From positions 1-52,884 of the forward strand of contig SOKL01000045.1 of assembly GCA_004376265.1 (NCBI GenBank): a stretch of 52,884 nt of DNA, written 5' to 3'. Positions 49,119 to 52,884 of this stretch are shown one piece after another. The notes under the pieces are model-generated. The model made no database searches. It saw only the letters and a program-made list of their open reading frames with translations, and was not told the origin of the DNA. The first letter of the stretch is position 1. Each line of letters begins with the position of its first letter. The position numbers were made by a program, and so were the translations under genes. The stretch is from Candidatus Thorarchaeota archaeon (GTDB lineage: Archaea > Asgardarchaeota > Thorarchaeia > Thorarchaeales > Thorarchaeaceae).

Positions 49119-50792
49119 GTGAACATATTGTGTGAAACAATCGTCCAGAACAAGCAGTGCATTGATGTTCAAGAGGTTCATCATCTGTATTTTAATCAGG
49201 GTCTTTCGTTGTTGGAGGCTGGCAAGAAACTTGGTTTCGAATCCCCAAGACCAATACAACGCATCTTCAAGGAACAAGGTTGGGAAGCTCGACCATCAGG
49301 TTTTCAGAGAAAATCCAAAGACTATGAGGAAATGCATCGATTGTATTTCGAAGATAGATACTCCTTGAAGGAGATAGCTCGGAAATATGACATGCACAGG
49401 CACACTATAGGGAAGATTTTCAAGGAACAGGGCTGGATCACACGAAGAACTGCTGCTATAGAGAGGAGCAGATCCATATCCACAAAAGGAAGAAGAAAAA
49501 TTCCTTCGAAGAGAGTTATCGACACCTTCGAAGTCTATCGACTGTATTATGGTGAAGGATTAACGATGATGGAGGTCGCTAAGAGGTTCGGCTTTAAGTC
49601 TTCAAAACCGATACAACGCATCTTCAGGAAACAGGGTTGGATCACACGAAAAACTGCTGCTATTGGGAAGAGTGATTCAATATCTAAACAAACTGCAAAA
49701 AGGATGAACAAATCACAATCCCAGAGGAGTAGATTAATACCAAAACAAGCTGTTGTAAAGAGAAATAAATCGAAATCTAAGACAAGTAGCAAAATTCTGC
49801 AGAGGTCAATCGACCCCGCTGAAGTGTACCAGCTCTATTTTGTTGATGGACTATCAATGATGGATATTTCCAAGAAATTGGGTTTCAAGTCCTCGCATTA
49901 CATATCTAGTTTATTCAAAAGAATGAGGTGGAAGCCTTTCTGGGGAAGATCTTACCGGAAAAACGTCGATGTTGATGATGTATACAGGCTCTATTACATA
50001 GAGGAATTGACCAAGGAGGGGGTAGCTCGAAAACTTGGCATACCTGAATCTAGGATAAGAATAGTGTTCAAGGATATGGGGTGGAAGAGTAGGATACGAT
50101 CATTTGATTCAGAGGAAGAACGTGTCTTAGCAAAAAAGGAAGGAGCCAATAAAACATCACAGAGAATAAAATTTTTGCGGGAAGTAAAATTCGGTACTAA
50201 ATGCCGCCTATGTGGAGAAATACGGATGTTGGCAATACACAAGAAAGATGGTGTAAAGCATAATAGACACTTACTTTGGAAAATGAAATTTCTCCATTCA
50301 GTAGATCCTGATGGGTGGGCAGCGCTTTGTGTCCCTTGCCATAGAGGGGTTCATTGGATGATGGATTCCTTGATGTATGGATGGCAGGAGTTGGAATCTC
50401 TTGCACTAAGGAAACAGCAATCGATAACTAATACTCAAGAACCATTAGAACTTCCAAGTGACGATACGCCCTCTTCAAGCAAGTATTTGAAACTCAGAAG
50501 AAAGTTTGAAGGGGACTCTGCAGAATTACGTGATGCTTTCTTTGGAGATGCATGTAATTTCTGTGGCGCGACTTCAAATGAAAGGAAGATTCCAATTCAT
50601 AGAAAAGATGGAAGACTGCATTCAGAAAGACTAACTAAGAGCGAGAAACACTTCCGAATATTAAATCCCGATGAGTGGGTTTCATTGTGCAGCAAACACC
50701 ATCGCCACGTCCATTGGACTATGGCTACTTTGAATCTCAAATGGGATGACCTGAAATCAGCTAACAATGAGGAAAACTTGCTCGAGAAATGA
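49119..50792 (+). CDS. protein with five HTH-like repeats and two degenerate HNH-like zinc-binding domains
   Basis: 5x D..EV.RLY...GLS..E.A.K.G.....I..IFK..GW; 2x CxxCG...IH(K/R)KDG..H...W..LC..(C/H)HR.VHW. Confidence 0.8.
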   Translation: MNILCETIVQNKQCIDVQEVHHLYFNQGLSLLEAGKKLGFESPRPIQRIFKEQGWEARPSGFQRKSKDYEEMHRLYFEDRYSLKEIARKYDMHRHTIGKIFKEQGWITRRTAAIERSRSISTKGRRKIPSKRVIDTFEVYRLYYGEGLTMMEVAKRFGFKSSKPIQRIFRKQGWITRKTAAIGKSDSISKQTAKRMNKSQSQRSRLIPKQAVVKRNKSKSKTSSKILQRSIDPAEVYQLYFVDGLSMMDISKKLGFKSSHYISSLFKRMRWKPFWGRSYRKNVDVDDVYRLYYIEELTKEGVARKLGIPESRIRIVFKDMGWKSRIRSFDSEEERVLAKKEGANKTSQRIKFLREVKFGTKCRLCGEIRMLAIHKKDGVKHNRHLLWKMKFLHSVDPDGWAALCVPCHRGVHWMMDSLMYGWQELESLALRKQQSITNTQEPLELPSDDTPSSSKYLKLRRKFEGDSAELRDAFFGDACNFCGATSNERKIPIHRKDGRLHSERLTKSEKHFRILNPDEWVSLCSKHHRHVHWTMATLNLKWDDLKSANNEENLLEK

Positions 50793-50798
50793 AAGAAA

Positions 50799-50906
50799 TG
50801 GTGGGCCGGACGAGAGTTGAACTCGTGACCTTCGCAGTGTGAATGCGACGTGAATTAGAAGGTCAAGGAGTTTGACCTAATCATAACCGGGCTAGACCAC
50901 CGGCCC
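50799..50906 (-). tRNA. tRNA-Val(CAC) with encoded CCA and a 30-nt intron in the D-arm
   Basis: After removing 50852-50881: GGGCCGG/CCGGCCC acceptor, TCGCA-TTCACAC-TGCGA anticodon arm, ACGAG-TTCAACT-CTCGT T-arm, ACCA; TTATAA TATA ~28 nt upstream. Confidence 0.93.
50852..50881 (-). other. non-canonical tRNA intron at about position 23/24
   Basis: ATTAGGTCAAACTCCTTGACCTTCTAATTC; central helix GTTA/TAAT, 3-nt bulge TC^A, internal AGGTCAA/TTGACCT stem (relaxed BHB/BHL). Confidence 0.8.
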
Positions 50907-51218
50907 ATGCGTTCTGGTTTGAATTGCTGATTGGTTATAAGAATGACGCTCAGTTTCACCGAAAAGAGTCACCCTCGGTTCACCATTTCTCTGACTTCTA
51001 CTCCTCTATGTATGGAAGAGACTCGCCCATAAGATAATATGCAGTTTTTCTACAATTGACAGAGAAATCTGAAATCCATGTGGAATTCGAACTCGTTATA
51101 GGAGGATTTTAACGAGATGTTTAAGAAAGAATCAATAGTTGAATCATGCTATGTTGCACCTTGGGGATTACCAAACGAAGAAATTCCATTCCATCTCATT
51201 CTTACCGAAGGTGCCAGA

Positions 51219-51241
51219 TTCGAATCTCCTCCGGCCCACCA
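51219..51241 (+). repeat. orphan tRNA-Val 3' end, copy 1 (putative att scar)
   Basis: TTCGAAT CTCCT CCGGCCC ACCA = T-loop, 3' T-stem, acceptor strand complementary to GGGCCGG, and CCA. Confidence 0.85.
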
Positions 51242-51358
51242 CTCTAGTTGTCTTTGTGTTCCGAGTTACACGGCAAAATCTATCTAGTTATCCTTCGTAT
51301 TCATCAAGGTAGTAGTAGCTTAAAGTAGTAGAAACGTTCTGTTGAGGGGTACTGTAAT

Positions 51359-51844
51359 ATGCGAATCGAAAAAAGAGAGATTGCAGCCATAGTTCTATGT
51401 TTAACAATAATCGGAGCATCTGTTTTTGTTGTAGTATTCCCAATTTTGAATACCATTCCATTTGAAACCGTTGATCAAGGGATTCATTGCGGTATTACTG
51501 CTCGAGTTCAATATGTAATAACGGATAATGAAACTTGGGAACAACTATGGACAGACATACATAGTATTAGCTCACATCTTCCTGACCTGCCTATGATAAA
51601 TTTCACTAGTGAGACACTCATTGCGGTTTTTATGGGTGAGAAACATATAGGAGGATACTCCACCGAAATTACGCGAATAACCAGTAGCTGGAATGCCTAT
51701 ACCGTCCATGTCACTGATTATCATCCAGACCCCGAATCTTTAGCGTTGAATTGGTTTACTCAACCATATCATATTGTAAGAATTCCAAGTGAAAGGAATC
51801 TCTCACTTCACTTTGTCAATCAAACTATTATTACGCCGATGTAA
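51359..51844 (+). CDS. membrane-anchored PrcB C-terminal-domain-like protein; cassette cargo
   Basis: N-terminal TM; LPMINF...IAVFMGEKHIGGYSTEI...FTQPYHIVRI pattern. Confidence 0.75.
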   Translation: MRIEKREIAAIVLCLTIIGASVFVVVFPILNTIPFETVDQGIHCGITARVQYVITDNETWEQLWTDIHSISSHLPDLPMINFTSETLIAVFMGEKHIGGYSTEITRITSSWNAYTVHVTDYHPDPESLALNWFTQPYHIVRIPSERNLSLHFVNQTIITPM

Positions 51845-51933
51845 TTATACCAATGAAATTCTTTTTTGGTGAACAACGTTAGAGTTATAACCCAATCATT
51901 TGACCTGCCGTTCATCGACGCTGGAGTTTGTAA

Positions 51934-51952
51934 AATCTCCTCCGGCCCACCA
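51934..51952 (+). repeat. orphan tRNA-Val 3' end, copy 2 (putative att scar)
   Basis: AATCTCCTCCGGCCCACCA, 19/19 identical to 51223-51241; preceded by GGAGTT resembling the 5' T-stem. Confidence 0.85.
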
Positions 51953-51982
51953 ACACACACAACAACAGAACGGTGCTTTACA

Positions 51983-52198
51983 ATGCCAAAACAAATCTAT
52001 GATGTCGAAAAGTTCCTCGAGATGTCGGAGGATGCAGAAGAGTGCAGAGTCAAGAGAGCCAGTGGACAGGTGAAGTTGAAACTCCGCACGAAGAAGTACC
52101 TATACACAATTGTTGTTGAGCCACAGAAAGCTGAAGAGATTATTCAGCAAGTCAAGTGCCAGGTAGTTGAAGCACGAAGTGTAGAGACAGAGGATTAA
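51983..52198 (+). CDS. rpl38e: ribosomal protein eL38
   Basis: MPKQIYDVEKFLE...VKLKLRTKKYLYTIVV...KAEEI; true start at ATG 51983, not 51866. Confidence 0.9.
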   Translation: MPKQIYDVEKFLEMSEDAEECRVKRASGQVKLKLRTKKYLYTIVVEPQKAEEIIQQVKCQVVEARSVETED

Positions 52199-52884
52199 AT
52201 CTCAACTTTTTCGTTGATTTCTGGAACATGTGCCACGCATTTCCGTTTTTCCAATTTTTCAGCTAATGCGTCGCAAGACTCTGATTCACCATGGACTACA
52301 TAGAATTCAGGATCTCCAGGAATATTGGTGAGCATATCCATCATACCCTTGGAGTCTGAATGAGAAGAAAGATGATGTTGGCGAATATCTGCAGTCACAT
52401 CAAAGAGCTGACCGCGTACTGTTACCTTCCCCGTAGCTAGCATTTCCGCACCAGGAGTCCCGGGAATTTGGTAGCTGACAAGAACAATTGAGTTCTTCGG
52501 GTCATCATGAAGCATTTTGAAGTAGATATGTGATGCACCTCCCTTCAACATCCCTGCTGGAGAGATAATGACTCCTCCTTTCTGCACTGCTTTGGTACGA
52601 TCTCGATTATCACGGATGATATGGGTTCGCTTAACAGCTCGTTGAAATGCTTGAGGACTCTGAAGGTACTCTGGATGTTTCACAAGAATCTCATCAACAC
52701 CTCGTGCCATCCCATCAATGTACATTGGATACTTGCGAGGAAGTTCATGACCTTCAAGAATGCACATAATCTCCTGACTTCGGCCCACAGCAAATGCTGG
52801 AATCAGAACGGTTCCTCCTCGTTCTAGTGTCTCAATCACTGTATCAACGAGGGCATCCTCGATGTCTTCTCGTTTTGGATTAGC
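52195..52884 (-). CDS. beta-CASP metallo-beta-lactamase ribonuclease, C-terminal part (5' end outside window)
   Basis: VLIPAFAVGRSQE, AGMLKGG, YQIPGTPG, SSHSD, VVHGE. Confidence 0.9.
   Translation of the reverse strand, partial: ANPKREDIEDALVDTVIETLERGGTVLIPAFAVGRSQEIMCILEGHELPRKYPMYIDGMARGVDEILVKHPEYLQSPQAFQRAVKRTHIIRDNRDRTKAVQKGGVIISPAGMLKGGASHIYFKMLHDDPKNSIVLVSYQIPGTPGAEMLATGKVTVRGQLFDVTADIRQHHLSSHSDSKGMMDMLTNIPGDPEFYVVHGESESCDALAEKLEKRKCVAHVPEINEKVEI

Noticed and set aside
51085-51096. Minus-strand ACGAGTTCGAAT resembling a tRNA T-arm half
   Set aside because: 12 nt only, with no 3' stem or acceptor strand
48306-51241. Trans-spliced split tRNA, or one tRNA with a 2.9-kb intron
   Set aside because: No complementary leader/trailer or BHB at the junctions, about 3 nt of the T-stem are missing, and the 3' end is duplicated, which fits integration scars better
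51866-51982. 39-aa N-terminal extension of eL38 in the ORF track
   Set aside because: Runs through the tRNA 3' scar; eL38 homology starts at MPKQI (51983)

Overview
Archaeal DNA, very probably from an Asgard archaeon (Thorarchaeia-like), based on two Asgard-type profilins, eL38, eL40, a NOP2-NIP7 pair, PAC2, TATA promoters and a tRNA with an archaeal-type intron. Most of 8.3-48 kb is housekeeping or membrane genes: hppA, M14 and M42 peptidases, MFS and OPT transporters, a MoxR/DUF58/transglutaminase-like operon, thrC and sucCD. Both ends are accessory hot spots built the same way, with cargo genes separated by orphan 3' ends of an essential host gene. On the left (1-8.3 kb), three copies of the last ~25 codons of ribosomal protein uS19 (...VKHGNPGIGATKSSAYVPLK*), differing almost only at synonymous sites, separate an AlbA_2/deaminase defence-like block, a membrane protein and an MFS gene. 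This looks like an integron-like cassette array whose attachment site is the rps19 3' end. On the right (48.3-52 kb), between rpl40e and rpl38e, there is a truncated tRNA-Val 5' half, two orphan tRNA-Val 3' ends flanking a single gene, an intact tRNA-Val(CAC) with a D-arm intron and an HTH-repeat/HNH-like gene. An 83-bp element (65/83 identical, ungapped) is shared by the two hot spots. No integrase is visible in the window. Other points: an operon of three coupled micro-ORFs below the ORF-track cutoff (21.0-21.35 kb), a transglutaminase-like giant protein lacking its catalytic triad, and a Hel308-like pseudo-helicase with a SWIM finger. All family calls come from motif recognition by eye; no searches were run.
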